From Lytechinus pictus (lineage: Eukaryota): a stretch of DNA of 64,000 nt. Positions 1-14,041 of the stretch are shown here, piece by piece. The DNA lies in NCBI RefSeq assembly GCF_037042905.1, contig NC_087262.1, positions 5,332,001-5,396,000 on the forward strand, read 5' to 3'. The translations under genes were made by a program, and so were the position numbers. The stretch's first letter is position 1, and each line of letters opens with the position of its first letter. The notes below the pieces were generated by a model, which was given only the letters and a program-made list of their open reading frames with translations, did no database searches and was not told the origin of the DNA.

Positions 1-206
1 TACAAACCGTGTCAGTATAGGGAACTGACTAACCATTGTGAATGGAGGACCTTTTTTTCTGTAACCCTCTATACAAATGCAACTGAATTGGAGATTGCAA
101 TGGATCGCAAACCAAGAACATTTTCAGTTTGATGTGTGTCTGCGAACGGCATGTTATTGTGTAAGTCCTCGGTTGCCAGTGGGTATGTGCACCATAAAAT
201 AACGAC

Positions 207-370
207 CAACACACACCATTGCACGCTCACCTTCTCTCATACTTTATCCACACCTGCACACACATCCACGCTATGCACCCTACATAATCCCCGATACATG
301 CAAAGACACACACACCCTCACACGTGAACGCACAAACTCCCCACACACACTCGAATACACCTTTCCACAA
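207..370. repeat. CA-rich low-complexity tract
   Basis: Degenerate cacac/acaca runs. Confidence 0.6.
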
Positions 371-1157
371 ACCCGCCTCAAATACATTTTCTATTTGAGG
401 ACATCAATAATGTCCCGACTTCCTTTAATGGTAATGATAGCGCGAGGATATACGATTTGGTCTTATCTCTTCCCAGCAATTAGTAGGGATGAATGTGTCC
501 TCTTGAAGAAAGTATTCAAGGAGGCGTTCAGCCAGAGTCAGGCGCAATAAAGTCCACATCCCGTAATCTATATCTGTTTTCTCACCAAATACTAGATGCA
601 TTTTAGCGTGCTGTCCTCGTGCCACCGAAAATAAACCCCGCGTCAATTGATATTGGTCTCCACTCGCAAATAGACATCAGCGCCTTTAGTTCTTTGCTTA
701 TTTTATTTGTTTGAATATCACTTCAACGTTGACAGAATCAGTGGTAGGGAGGTCCTCGTCTGATATCGGTTTATGATGGTGACGTGTGAGGGAGGACACG
801 AATCCTTCCTTAATCTCAATTATAAGACGATCGGGCTCAAACATTAAAGAGAATGTTTGAAGTCACTAAAAAGGGAATATAATGATGATGGTGATGATGA
901 TATTAACTCCTTATATAGCGCGCTGGTCCGTCCATTGGTGCTCGTGGCGCCTGAAGAAACTAATACATACACCATGAAAGAATGGAATAGAAATATAAAT
1001 TTTCCTGAATACCGTATACTATTAAATTGTATGGGTCAGTATGAGACGGACTGTTTAATAAGTAAAAAAAAGAAAGAAAATCTGCAAAGAATGACTTTTC
1101 GGCTTCCCTTATGTTTGCGTAAGACGGGTAAAGTATGAATCCCATAATTAGGTCATG

Positions 1158-1380
1158 CACTCTAAAACGCTTAGTAAAATTTTATCCAATATTGGGTATA
1201 AAGGGAACATGTATTTTTGCTGGTCATTTTTTTTTACCCCATACTGGGCAAAATGCACGTTTTAAGGGTAAATTTCAACGCAACATTGCTTAAAATGTAC
1301 AAAATATTTGGTATCTTTTTACCCAGCCAACATGCATGTTCCCATTTTACCCAATATTGGGTAAACCTTTTTTTAGAGTG
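1158..1380. mobile_element. MITE with CACT...AGTG termini (animal EnSpm/CACTA-like)
   Basis: Termini CACTCTAAAA / TTTTAGAGTG, TG on both flanks (2-bp TSD), internal inverted CCAATATTGGGTA blocks. Confidence 0.75.
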
Positions 1381-1445
1381 TGTGCTCTGATATATACACT
1401 GTGAACACACGTGTGACCATTATTCTGGATCCGTAACAACGGGGG

Positions 1446-2487
1446 CAGACCTGCCAACCAGTACGTTTTAGCCGTATTTAGTACGTTTTAGCAACCAAAA
1501 TACGGCAGTACGTTTTTTCTTTAAAAATACGTTTTTTGTAAAAATCGTAATTTATTGAGAAAAATCATCTCTATATGTCTCTATTTCATAAAACGTACAC
1601 AAATATGGTTATTAGATCAATGTAATTTCAGGTAACTTTTTTTTTTTTTCAATCATTTTGTAAAAACCAGGGTGAGATATACGCAAGTTTCAATGGTTTT
1701 TTTTTCATCTGCAAGAGCAGTGCGCATTTTTAGCTTGCATGCAGCTTGAGCGCCGTGATGGGCGAGTGCGCCAAGCATTTTATTATGAAATACACTTTTT
1801 TGGGGAATAATATACAAATATACCAGGCTTTGAGTAAGTATAGCGGGAATTATTTTCAGAGGTTGGGCTGGCGTTACTATTTTTCCCGAGGGGCGAAGCC
1901 CCGAGTGAAAAATAGTAATTTGGCCAGTACAATCGAGGATAAATAATTCCCTCTATACTTTCGAAATAAAGGCCTGGTATATTTGTTTTATATCCTACAT
2001 TTAATAAGGTACGTAGAACGATAGTCTATCTACTCTTGTACACGTAGTTCATCTTTTCTTAATCTGAACTTAAATATAGATAACGCGCTGCGCAGACTGA
2101 TCTACTTTTCCCGAAACCACGCGCAACGCGGATTTGTGCCTGCGCCGTCCCTTCACGGGACTTGCCCGGAAGAGTCAACTCGCTGACCGGTGCGCCCGAG
2201 AGATTGCATAGCTGTGTCAATGATGGAATAGTCGACTATTCCATCGTTGACGTCACGGAATAGCACTTTTTCTTCGGCGGGCGTTTTATTTTCGACATCA
2301 TCGCAAAATAGTGAGAATATGTTTGGTCACATAATGCTATTTAAACCAATCAGCATACAGGATTTAATTAATGTAGGATAGAATACAAAATATTTATCTC
2401 ACACGGCAAAAATACTTTTTTTTGGGTCAAAATACTGATTTTGGGGATAAGAATACTGAAAATGCAAAATACAACTTGGCAGCTCTG
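1446..2487. mobile_element. hAT-like non-autonomous element carrying a nested insertion
   Basis: TIR CAGACCTGCCAA / TTGGCAGCTCTG, AATAC/TACG subterminal repeats, flanks CGGGGG vs CGTGGG (imperfect duplication). Confidence 0.55.
1808..2381. mobile_element. Nested element with two abutting inverted-repeat pairs (possibly Crypton-like)
   Basis: About 180-bp fold-back (ACAAATATACCAGGC ... GCCTGGTATATTTGT) around a GGGCGAAGCCC loop, and a second pair TATCCTACATT (1991) / AATGTAGGATA (2370). Family assignment is tentative. Confidence 0.5.
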
Positions 2488-2569
2488 CGTGGGCATTATT
2501 TTCAAGGATATTACTGTTTCTTGCCCGTTCCAAATCTGCAAAGTTTCCCCAGAGTTGACTTTTTAAAAC

Positions 2570-2685
2570 GGGACCCGTTTCATAAATCTTATAAAGTAAC
2601 AGTGAAAAGCTACTGAAATCCTTTAATCTGATTGGTAGAAATAGTGCATTTGTTCTTATAATTAGTCTTAACGAAACGGAACTTG
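2570..2685. mobile_element. Degraded Harbinger-like MITE
   Basis: CCGTTTC ... GAAACGG ends; internal GCTACTGAAATCCTT...TGATTGG shared with copies at 23670 and 48733. Confidence 0.5.
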
Positions 2686-2769
2686 GTCTCTACATTATTA
2701 TTTTTTTTAAATTAAAATCGCATATGTTCGTTTCTTGCTGTATACAATGCAACACTTTGAAGAATCATA

Positions 2770-2935
2770 CACTCTTAAAATGAAGTGCTAATTTAGCACC
2801 TAAGGAGCTTGTATAGTGACTACACCCCATAGTGCTGATTTACTAATTCAAATTTGAACTAGAAATTAACACTCCGAGGTGCAGTAACTATAGAAGCTCC
2901 TTAAGTGCTAAATTAGCCCTTCATTTTTTAGAGTG
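2770..2935. mobile_element. CACT-ended palindromic MITE
   Basis: CACTCTTAAAATGAAGTGCTAATTTAGCAC ... GTGCTAAATTAGCCCTTCATTTTTTAGAGTG, TA TSD; relatives at 36914 and 50404. Confidence 0.85.
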
Positions 2936-4409
2936 TAAGTTTTGTGACACCTCATGATTCATATTTCAAATTTTAGCGGTGGCCTCAAAAAAACAAATCT
3001 GTGCGGACCATTTTCTAGTTATTGTTTTCTTCACTATAAGATAAGATAACGGAATAGCTCGTCTCTGTGGCTGTGCATCCCACTGAATTATAATTCAGCA
3101 TTAGGGCCCCTTCAATCGTTGAAAGAACAATCTGATAGCCCTCTGGGGCGCCATACGCGCAACGGAAATGTGGATGACATAGTGCTTTTAAAATTAATCA
3201 ATCAGCCTATTTAAGAGTGTTTTTTTATCATCATTCACAGTATTTTTTTGTAGGGAATATAGGGGCTCTTTCATGACAATGATCGTAACGTTACACACAA
3301 CTTTGATACTTTATACTCATTTAATACTTATTCAGTTCAATTAGGTCGCTATAAATTCATTTTTGTTATATCTGTAGTTTTTTTTTAATTCAGACTAAGT
3401 ATTTACCTTGTTCTAGATTATTTGAATGTTATATATTGTATTTTTTGTATTATGAATAATTATTTGACTTTGTGAACAGTGTACTATTGTATGATTTTGA
3501 ACTGAATAATTTTAATAAATACTATTACAAATCAAACAAAAAACTTTGGGCAAGGAGTTGTACTAACATTTTGGTGTTTTATATTTCAGTTATGCCGGAA
3601 TCGTATTTAAATTTTTCGAACTTTCGTATCGGTGGTACTTATGCAAGTACAATATTTCAATATTTCATTTGATGAGCTTCAATAAGGTCAATAAAAACTA
3701 CAAGCATGAAGTATCTTCAATTTGGGAGGGAATGAATCTAATTTTATCAAAGCTTACTGAAATATAAGTAATTGAACCTTACATCGAAAATATTGGTTGT
3801 TTTGTAGATAAAAAAATGCTAAAAGAGAAATGCTCGGAGAAAGGTTAACTCCTTTGTTATCGCTTACATTCCTGTAACTTTATGTTTGAAGGAAATTATT
3901 GTAAAATTTCGAGAGCTACATGCATCTTAGAATGGCTTTTTAAACACGCCCCGGCCGAGAATGCGTGTTAGACTTGTGTGTGTTTGGCCTCGGTTTCATT
4001 GGTGCGACCATAAACCTTAACAACATCCGCTGTAGCCTTGTCGTGATAAAGAGAAGTGCGCATGCGCACAACTTTCGTCTCCTTGGTCAAGGATTTTCCT
4101 TGACCATGAATGTCTTGAGGGCAAAATTATTCTAAAACTAGATTCAGCTATGGAATTATTTATGTTACCCGAGAAAAAAAATAAAGAAGGGGATATCCAA
4201 TTAGAGAAACGTATCTTTCCTTCCGGGTCTGGGTTAGATAGATACACTTAACAGCATATCCCTTTCTTTTTTTATCACGTTTTCACATACTTATCATAGT
4301 TTGTTCTATTCAAGCACTCAACATGACCTTAAGGTGCTATGTCGGGATCCGGTATATTGGCATCTCGAGAACACAGCTAAAGATGGTCAGTCAGTGATGG
4401 TCTCAAAGA

Positions 4410-4706
4410 TAATAATAATGATAATAAAATGTCCATTTATATAGCGCAGTTACTATGTGCATATACTCAACTGCGCTTTGATACTTGGTATCATATTACC
4501 CCGGCTCTAGCTGAGCTGCCATATTAATAGACGCTAAAGCGTTCAAGGAATGAATCCTACCGGGTACCCATTCACCTCCTCTGCGTCGAGTGCAGCAACA
4601 ATATGGATAAATTTCTTGCCGAAGGAAATTACGCCATGGCTGAGATTCAAACCCACGACCCTCTGTTTCATAGTCCGGAGACTAATCCACTGTGCCACAA
4701 AGCTCC
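4410..4706 (-). mobile_element. tRNA-derived SINE
   Basis: Minus strand has an A box (TGGCACAGTGG), a B box-like GGTTTGAATC, a GGGTACCCGG core, a TATATAAAT 3' end and an (ATT)n tail. Confidence 0.8.
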
Positions 4707-5954
4707 ACGCGTTGATGAAATTAACATGAGGAATTATATTCTAATTGGTGCTACCTTATTTTAGAATTTGAGTATGTTAAGAGAGGCGACCGTTAACCAG
4801 AATTTATGGGACATCGTGTGTGTTCATACCACTTCGTTCTTGAAATTTGTTGTGTACCTTTGTTTACTGATTATGAATATGTATTTCTAACATTGTTAAA
4901 CATCAAATGCTTATTGAATATCATGGTAAATGAACCCAAGAAAAATGCCTCTGTATCACATTTAAGAAAATGTTTAATCAGTATTCAGTACAAGTTCGAA
5001 GTAATGGAATATGATTCATTAATGTAGCCTCTTTCAGATCTGCAATCTTCCCTCTTCAAATCGGTGAATCGAATAATACAAAGTTAATATCTGGCTGCCA
5101 AGCCCATCTGGGTCATGTAACTTATACAATATTAATTGATACCATTAAACTGCAAGTATACGATGAACCATGTGAAACAACATGTTTAAATAACTGTTAA
5201 ATATTTAGCTGGATTCTCCCCCTTATTTTACACCCCTGTAGACATTTTTAAAAAAATGACGTTCGATGAAACCAAATCAAGTAATTACTGCGTGTGAGGG
5301 AATGATGGATGCCGCGTATGGTAGATCTTACCATACTTATCTCCATACACGTCTATTTGATGGATGGCGTTATGTTTGTAAACATTTTCTCTAGCCTAGT
5401 TTCTTTTATCTTGAGTAATAATATTGTTGATTTGTCGAGGGGCCTCTATACGCGAACGGGGAGAGTTACTTCACATCGGGGGAAGATAAGAGAATCTGTT
5501 CGCGGACTCGACAAGAGAGGGAGACATTCCGAAATGACATTTGTCTGACTGTGAGTAACTGCGAATCGCACGTGATCAACAATTATGTATGCTGTTGGGA
5601 GCGTGAACCTCCAAAGCACCCCCGTATAACCAGCATGCTTCGATCATGAAGGGTCTCCATTCTGGGATTGAATAAAACTAGCGTCTTCACTTTATCTATC
5701 TGCGAACGTAATCTTGTTTGCTGCCCTCTGCCGGTTGTATTGATTTGTATATACGAGCAGAGGCAAAAGGAAATTTTGTAGTGACAGCCAACATTATCTG
5801 ACAAAGTTCACAAATAGACGATAAAACGAGATTGTGGTTTGGCAGATGAAATTACTAGAAGTTAATTGTGACGTGCAGCTTCAAAAGACCCTCCCCCGGT
5901 CACTGAAGAAGTGTGTCAGAATGTCAAGTTAGGACTGATTACTTTATGCGGTGA

Positions 5955-6137
5955 CATCATCATTATCATCATCATCATCATCATTATCATCATCATCATC
6001 ACACTCATCATCATCACCATCATCATTATCATCATTATCATCACTATCATTATCATCGTCATCATCATTATTATCAGCATCATTATTATCATCATCATCA
6101 TCATTATTATCATCATCATCATCATCATTATTATCAT
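5955..6137. repeat. (CAT/TAT)n microsatellite
   Basis: Direct inspection; it explains the poly-I/M/S ORFs. Confidence 0.95.
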
Positions 6138-6907
6138 TGTTAGCTTGTCAAATGAAAGGTAATTACGACACATTGTTGTCCCGAGACTTCTGATAACGTA
6201 ACTGCTAGATGTTGCATAAACAACCGTAATTATCATTGATGTCAGTAATAATTATTTAGAAGAGATTTTAGAGTCTTCTGGTGTAGTAAATGAAAGACCT
6301 AACATAATGAAAGTAATTGTATTGTTCAACAGGAATATCAGAGATATTTCATAACGTCACTGCTAGTCGTTACGTAACAAAGTGTAATTATCATCTATTG
6401 TCATAATTATTGTGTTATTCGATATAGACTATAGGGTTTTTCTTGTGATAACTTTATTGCTCTATACGTAACATAATTGTAATTATCATATTTTTTGTAG
6501 TATTCTTGAAGAAAATATATTTGAGATCTCTGATGACGCAACTTTCAGACGTTATATAGGCAAATAAAAATTTTCATTTTCTTTACAGCATTATTCAAAA
6601 CTAATAATATTATTTTCCCTTGGAGTTACGTCCTTTTTGCAGTGCATGTTTGTCCAGGTGTATTGGTCTTGGTTATTCGATATAAGTCCCTTTCCAATCC
6701 GACTTCTTGTCACGCGAGATTGTAGGTCATTCACTTCTGTGCTAACAGACTTCTTCGATTTCTCCTGATGAAATTTGCTCAGAAAATAAACAAAAACTGG
6801 TGAGGTTTCCGGCCAAATCAGCTGGCAAGATGCGATGCCATTGGCATTCTTAACTGAAAAATCGACGGGTCTTGGGGGACATGGTTCTCTTCACCTTCGG
6901 TGATAGC

Positions 6908-7010
6908 GCAGTCACATTTCTCCTACGGCGGCCGTACAGCTACATAATAGGTTGTGTGAATAAAAATGAATAAAACGGCTGTTTTCCACTCGCCGTATCA
7001 GGGCTATACA
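6908..7010. mobile_element. Partial copy of the MITE at 13027
   Basis: CAGTCACATTTC, CGGCCGTAC and AACGGCTGTTTTC blocks are shared with it. Confidence 0.65.
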
Positions 7011-7039
7011 TAAGAGCTAGTTTTGCATGTCTTCAAAAT

Positions 7040-7254
7040 GGTAACACGCCATTTGCTCCTGCGAATTTGCTCCGGTCATAATATCTCAGAGGGCATAGGG
7101 TCAGAGTTAGGAATGTAACAAAATTATTTATTCAGAAGAATGCCAAAATAATGATTAGTGCTTGTTTAGTTTTGGAGGTTATGATTTTATGTTTGCCTTA
7201 ACGTGCATATTTTCCGTCGGAGCAATTGTCGCCGGAGAAAATGTCATGGAACCC
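7040..7254. mobile_element. MITE/HINE-like element with TTTGCTCC / GGAGCAA subterminal repeats
   Basis: GGTAACACGCCATTTGCTCC ... GGAGAAAATGTCATGGAACCC; inverted relative at 28417. Confidence 0.6.
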
Positions 7255-7360
7255 TTAAAAATAATGATTTACATGATTATTATGTTTTATTTAGGGCTAG
7301 GCATTGTAGGATGTGATATCTATTTCGACCCATCGCATGAATGTGAAGCTCAATCGTGTT

Positions 7361-7460
7361 TATAATAATAATAATAATAATAGGTTTATTTACCCAGGGT
7401 AGCCACTTCAGTTTCGAAAACTGTTCTACCAGCGGGCCCTGCTTTTATTATTACCCCGGC
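7361..7460 (-). mobile_element. 3' tail fragment of a SINE or LINE (L2-like)
   Basis: (TAA)n tail next to TTTACCCAGGGTAGCC, and TATTACCCCGG shared with the SINE at 4410. Confidence 0.5.
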
Positions 7461-8973
7461 TTCATAGTGATTCAATTTGATTTATCTATCCAAGGCACAG
7501 GTGAAACCAAACTAATAATCATCTCAATAAGCCATCATCACACAGTTCAGGAGGTCAAGTAACTTCAAAACGTGAATACTTTGTTGCCATCCACAACACA
7601 TACGTACCTTCAAGAGCAATGCCCTTCATTGAACCTTATATCACACTCAAAATAAAACTACTTTTGAGTAGCTACATTCAATACAAAGGAAGCCAAACCG
7701 GAATACTAATAAAAATCTTCATGAATTTGGAGTACTATTTTGCATTTTAAAGACAAACTACGGGCAGGTAATACATTATGTCAGTAGATATATGCTATAC
7801 TATAAAATAAAATAATAAACACAGTTGAAAAGGAATATTCAAAATGAATGTAACTGGCTTGATGGTAGCTCTGATAAATGCAGAATTTTGAAGTACTCTA
7901 TACCTTACTTTAAAAATAAACAAATATCCCTGATACCCTACCATCAAAGTGATCATTAAGATAAAACCAAATAAGAATAATTTTCTTGATTTCTTTTTTT
8001 TTGCAAAAAAAAAGTTATTTAGGACCACAATTAAAAATCTTTTTTTTTTAACTGAAAATCACTCATGATTAAAAAAAGCAGTAATTGATTTAACAGAGAA
8101 TAAAGTAAAATATGAAAAACAAATCCAACTAAATATTATAGAGGAAGATGAGCAACATGTGCAGAGCATTACTACATAATATTGCTGTTTATTATTCATT
8201 ATGCATAACAACCCTTAAAGGAAACCAAACCCCAAGAAGAGAAGGGTAATTATTTTCAATGATTTAAAAAGAAAGACAGCATTATATTCTTAAAGGAAAA
8301 TTGTTAAATAAAACGGACACGTATGTTAATTGTCTTGACACGCGAGCCTTGTAATGAATGAATTGACTTTTGTTGAATGATGTTGATTTTTTTTTTTACA
8401 AAAGTACTTATTATGAAATTTGTATTAATTCGATCCTATTTCGATAAGTGTTCTTGTACATTTCGGTCAAAGGTCTTTTTTTTTTCCAACGCAGCCATTG
8501 TAAGATTAAGTTTAAGTATACTACATGTATAAGTATTTATTTATTGTCCACAAAATTTAATGGAAATTTGTCTTGTTTGCATGCTGTGCAAAACATAACG
8601 AAAACAACAAATTGCATAAATATATACCTGTAACTTTATAACAAGACAATTTACATTGGAAAATGACAATGATAAATGAATGAGTAATAGAAAAAATAAT
8701 TATGAAATTTCATAGCAACATTGTATTTTTCTTCTTCTTCTTTCCTTTCCGCTCCGCTTTTGATTTTAAATGGACCAATCACGGACGCTCATTTCTACAA
8801 ACCACACCCACTGTACACAGGTAAGATAAATAACCTTTGATGAAAATTCTTGCAAATGAAGATTATGAACGCAAGTGTAAGTACATTTTGAAATATTCGT
8901 TTTTCACCATTATTGATGATAATAATTCATGATGATGTTGTATTTGTTAAATTTATTTCATTACTGTTAATAA

Positions 8974-9568
8974 AGGGGAATCCAGCCTTGGCCATAAAAT
9001 GTTGTGTTGGGAAGGAGAAAAATGAATTAAACAGAATGGTGAAAGTTTGAAAGAAATCGGACAAGTAATAAGAAAGTTATAGCTGCTTTAAAATTGAGAT
9101 CACTAATACTATGTAGATTTCAAATTGGCAACTGCGTAAGAAAATTATGACAAGGGGCAAGGACAACTTTCCCATAGGCCGTGTTCTTTATTATCAGGGA
9201 TTTGTGGTTTTCTCCTAAGTACCCATTCCCCTGGGGCAGTAATCTAAATATAACCCAGGTAGTATATTGTTGTAAGTCCTCATGAAAGAAAAATATAATT
9301 TGAAATAAAACTTTTGGGAAAAATGACATTTTAGCCATAATATGTACTGGAGTACATGGAAGAGCAGTCCTTGCCTTACATCACTATGACATCCCATATG
9401 CGGCCAATTTGAAGTCTCCATAGGTATAGTGATTAACAATATTTACAACTTTTAAAAATTCATAACTTTCGTGTTGTTTGTCCAATATTGTTCAAACTTT
9501 CACCTATCAACTTGTCAGATTTTTCTTTTCCTTATAAAAACAAGTTTTTATTAGGGTTGGATTCCCCT
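8974..9568. mobile_element. Kolobok-like non-autonomous DNA transposon
   Basis: TIR AGGGGAATCCAGCC / GGTTGGATTCCCCT, flanked by ATAA / TTAA (TTAA-type TSD, purine termini). Confidence 0.75.
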
Positions 9569-11871
9569 TTAACTTCAAACTGCTTTCGGTTTGCTTTTTT
9601 CCATCGAGTTTTTTTTTTAATGGGAAGGGGGATGGGGGGGGGGAATGAACAATAAGGGAATAGTTGAAGCGAAGAGTGCGGAACACAATATGCCTAAAAT
9701 AATTCCTGAAAATGCATTGCCACTTATGAAAGAAAGGGTGAAAGAAGGAAAGTGAAGATATATAGATGGAGAGAGAGAGGAGGAGGAGGAGGAGAGGAGA
9801 GTAGGGGTTGGGATGGGAAAATAGTGGAGTCGCAACACTTGATGAATGGCACGCAATGATTAAAACACGTGATACATCAGATTAAGTGTCCCACCGGGGG
9901 CTAAATGGGGGCAATTAAAGCCCCATCTCTATGGATGAGCGTTAATGTTATATGATGATCGACGGTTGTTTGAAAGATTCCCCATTTGTCTGTGTGCTAT
10001 ATTCCTTCCTGACCAACGCTGGTTGTGATCTTCCATTGTCTGTATGTTATAAATAGTAAATCTTAGAATTTACAGTTTGAAATAACTTATAATTATAATA
10101 AAGAAGATAAATTACCCTATATAGAGAGACTGATATGTTTTCAGAGGAGAAGTATCTGTTTAGGCACTTGAAAATACAAATATTAATGTATGAATATATT
10201 GAGAAGTTAATTAGTGTGTCATAATTCAAGTGGGCTAATATATTACAAAGACTACAATGCTCAGAATGTTTCGTAGAATATTTTTTTTTAACGAAATGGA
10301 AATTTCGTATAATTTTCAAAAAAGGGCTGCAATAAATATTCACAAAACTACTGATCGAGAGTCCATAGTCGGATCACATCGCCCAACATTATTTCATGTA
10401 TTTCCTTAATGTTTAATAGCAATTAGATTTAATGACAAGAAAAACAATTATCTAAATACCCTTGGTACTAAGCACATGCGCCTGACACCCCCCCCCCCCT
10501 CTCAATTTCTCTTCAGGGTTGTCTTGTTCACTGCAAAGCCGCTCATTTTAAAACGTAGGTCATTTTTTCATTTTTTTTATTTCGTTTTTTAGGGGTGACG
10601 GGGGGGGGGGGGTATTGGACACCCGAATAAAATTATAGCGGTCTCGTAACGGGTCAACACAAAGCCAACGGGAAAACTCTGGGGGAGCACTTGTGTTGGG
10701 TTAGGTGTGTTTCACAAACAGAAGAGAAATAGGTTTTAGGGTTGTAGCCAATTATCCCCCATACGCGTGACGGCCAGCATGCTCTAAGTATGCCCGATGA
10801 ATTACTTCAAGAGTTTGGTTTAAACAGAACCGTTTTTGCGATAGTTTGTGTGAGCTTTAATGAATCCAGTATACAGTTTTGACATCCAACAGTAGTAATA
10901 TTGAATATTGCTTTCGATGTTTTATTCCATTATCATAAAAAAACAATAAAAATTTGCATTCCATCTGTATTCTATATACGTTTTCCCGAGGACCACGTTT
11001 CCCATCAAAGGATTGGCAGCTGGAGAGCTTTTAATTTACATGTATTTTTGAAGAAAAACATGTTATCCTAAAAGAAGATTTATACGATATGATAAAATAA
11101 AAAGTATTGATAATGGCAAGTACGTCTGTAGTAGGCATTTGGGCTTTATTGAAATACCACATTTTGCTTACAAATAATTTCTTATGTTTCAAGAATGAAA
11201 TGTAATTTGGACTAACTTGAATGGCAATTGTTTTCATTGAAATTAAGGAAAATCGTTCACTCGGGATACTTGAAATGGAACATTTGTTGTCAAGCGTTTT
11301 GAAACCTTTCCTATTATGCTTTTTTGTTATCTGTCAAGTCAATGCATTCCTGCCCGTCGTGGTTGCTTCGAATAATGGATGAATGAATTGCTTACACTTC
11401 AACATTCGGTGTTATGAATTGACAACCTGAAGTGCGACATTTGTCTGCTTGAACTTTAACGCAATAAAAATGAGTTATTTCTTGCCATAAATCCCTTGAA
11501 GTTTTCTTCCATCTTCCCTTGCCTGTACGCTCATGGAAGCCAAACCAAACACAATTTACCAAAGACGAATTGTTGTTGGCGCCAAAAATTTGATATACAG
11601 CATGTACAATGTCTGCTATTGGGTATATAGCTATACACACACAACTTTACAGCCCAACCATACATCGTATATAAATGTGAAGGTTGAATGTAAACTAATT
11701 CGTCGTTGAATTGCCTCTGACGGGGTATATTCCAATAAAAATCCACATCCGTGCAAGACGGATTCAATTAAATGTTTTAATTGTTTCCTTTCCTTTATTA
11801 CTAACCCGGATCTAACTTACAGCCCCATCTACATTTGTCTCTGTGTAAATCTTGCCTTGTGAAAGTATTAA

Positions 11872-12227
11872 AGGTAAAACTTGGCCTAGTTGCAGCAAAC
11901 AATTATTTCGTGAGAAAGTCTTTTAAATCAGGTTAATTGTTATCATTAATGGATTAAAGTAAACTTATCTTTTTGAAATCATAAAAATCTTAGCTGGAAA
12001 CCCATAATTCTAATGATCACTAACAAAGTAATTATCATTATGATTATTATGTGGGACAGCGTATTTATGTTGCTTGGAAAAGTACCCGACATTTAATGGA
12101 ATTCTGTACTTATTTTGCTTATTTCTCGGCAAGTACACAATTTCTTCCGGAGCCATTATATAGTGGTTATTTTATTGGATTCTGTTGGAACTCATTTTGA
12201 GATCGTTACCACAACTGGCATTTATCT
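11872..12227. mobile_element. Kolobok-like non-autonomous element (second family)
   Basis: TTAA|AGGTAAA ... TTTATCT|TTAA; homologous to 26632-27126 and, inverted, to 26280-26628. Confidence 0.65.
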
Positions 12228-13026
12228 TTAAAGAATACAGATCCGTATTATACAACCCGCAACTTCTCTTAAATTAAAAAGGTAGACTGCACTTGGAAGT
12301 TCTCCCAAAGACAATACCTTCTGTTTTAGGGATCATATTTCATAAATCCGTCATACCTTTTTTTTTCTCCAACTCATTTAAGAGCGTCTTTAACATGTTT
12401 CAGAAAACTGTTGTAATTATGTTATGGATACCCGTTGGAATTGTAAGTGTATTAGCTTTTTGGTAAATATTAAGATTGGTGATTATGATTGCATCAGCTA
12501 TCTAGCTGATTCGCAACCATAATCTATTTATTTCTGCTTCGGCAACACATTTTAAATGCTTTTTAGCCCCCGCACCCACCCTCTCCTCTGTTTATTTATC
12601 ATGTTTATAATGAATGATTGGAATTTCTTTTCTAAAAGGCAAGCAATCATGAATATGTATATTACACTGCAGATAATTTTTTTTTATTTATCATAAATAT
12701 ATTATGCCGGCGTCCAAGGAAAGTTATTTTTTAAGGAGCCGTTTTTCAAAGTTATTCTCAGAACTTAAGTTTGCACTTTTAAATACTCTTCTTCATCAAA
12801 AGAGGATACGAGATGGAAATTGTTCGGATATAATATCGATTTTTTTTTTTAAATCCAAAGTGGATTTGGCGCCTTTTGTAAATATCTACCTCATTTTGAC
12901 GAAGATTGGCATGTTTGCAACCTGCTGAGTGTAAACCAGGCGTGTTGTAAGCACCGCAGGACGCTGTATACACCTGACATGATAGTAATCGAGGTGATGA
13001 TTGCATTATTATACAACTGCTTCTTA

Positions 13027-13188
13027 TACCTCAGTCACATTTCCTCTACGCCGGCCGTACGGCGAGTCGAAAACAGCCGTTTTAACATTGTTTGTAATGT
13101 TACATGATAGGCGGTTTGAATAAAAATGAATATAACGGCTGTTTTCGACTCGCCGTACGGCCGCCGTCGAGCGAATGTGACTGAGGTA
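13027..13188. mobile_element. PIF/Harbinger-like palindromic MITE
   Basis: TIR TACCTCAGTCACATT / AATGTGACTGAGGTA, arms of about 55 bp, TTA TSD on both sides. Confidence 0.9.
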
Positions 13189-13842
13189 TTAAATACAGCG
13201 TGAGGCCTGCAGGACGCATTGTATTTAATATTTCTCGTGCTTACCGAAAACTGCTATACGAGGCCTACTGTACATATACAAGGGTTAATCTGTGTTGTGC
13301 CATGCAATAATTACTTGTAAATATTGCGATTTTTCATGATAGTTTTTTTATAAAAAATAACCCTCTAAAAATGACATTGAATAAAGACCACAGAACTATG
13401 CGCAAAATTGTACGAATTGCATTTATCGAGATGGAACGCAAGTACGAACAGAAGATACACTATACTTGTATATGAATTTCCGTTTGCCCATGATACTTAT
13501 AACTGGCCATTTTGACTCGCTACCTGTATATGTGTTAGCAACACGTGTGAAGGTAGTCAAAATTACCAGATCATTGAAAATATTCCACTAAATAATTCTA
13601 ATCAACGGGCGCTATGATTATTCAGAATTGAAATGTTTCATTTTTTTTGGATAGATTTCAAGTAAGGGGGTCACAACTTTACTGGGCTTTCTATAATTCA
13701 AAGCGAGATCTTGTAAATTTAGTGCCGACGTCATGTGTTATATTGATCTGTAGTAAAATGAAAATTTAACCCATGTCTTTTGATGAAGTTATTTTGGCTA
13801 TAGAGCAGTATACAAATAATTATGATTGCCAAGTGTGACTAG

Positions 13843-14041
13843 CCGCCCTTTCACACGGTAAAAAAAAGAAATCGTTATTTGAACGTCATGATTCCAGTGA
13901 AAAATGAGGCTAGTGACGAAAATTTAGTACGTGTGAAACCAAACTAGAACATGATTAGAATCACGAACGCTAATCACGGCTACGATTTTAATAGTAATCA
14001 TCATTACAATGATGATTCAAGATTCGCGTGTGAAAAGGCCC
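13843..14041 (+). mobile_element. PIF/Harbinger-like MITE (CCGCCCTTTCACAC family)
   Basis: GCCCTTTCACACG ... CGTGTGAAAAGGCCC; very similar to 33472-33664. Confidence 0.85.

Noticed and set aside
425-860. Slightly GC-richer segment with a 73-aa ORF
   Set aside because: No recognisable domain or splice context; possibly an old repeat, but unsupported.
4640-4706. tRNA-like heads here and at 20515, 32737 and 33771 as tRNA genes
   Set aside because: They continue into shared SINE bodies and tails and lack intact cloverleaves.
5911-6236. Poly-Ile/Met/Ser ORFs
   Set aside because: Translations of the (CAT)n microsatellite.
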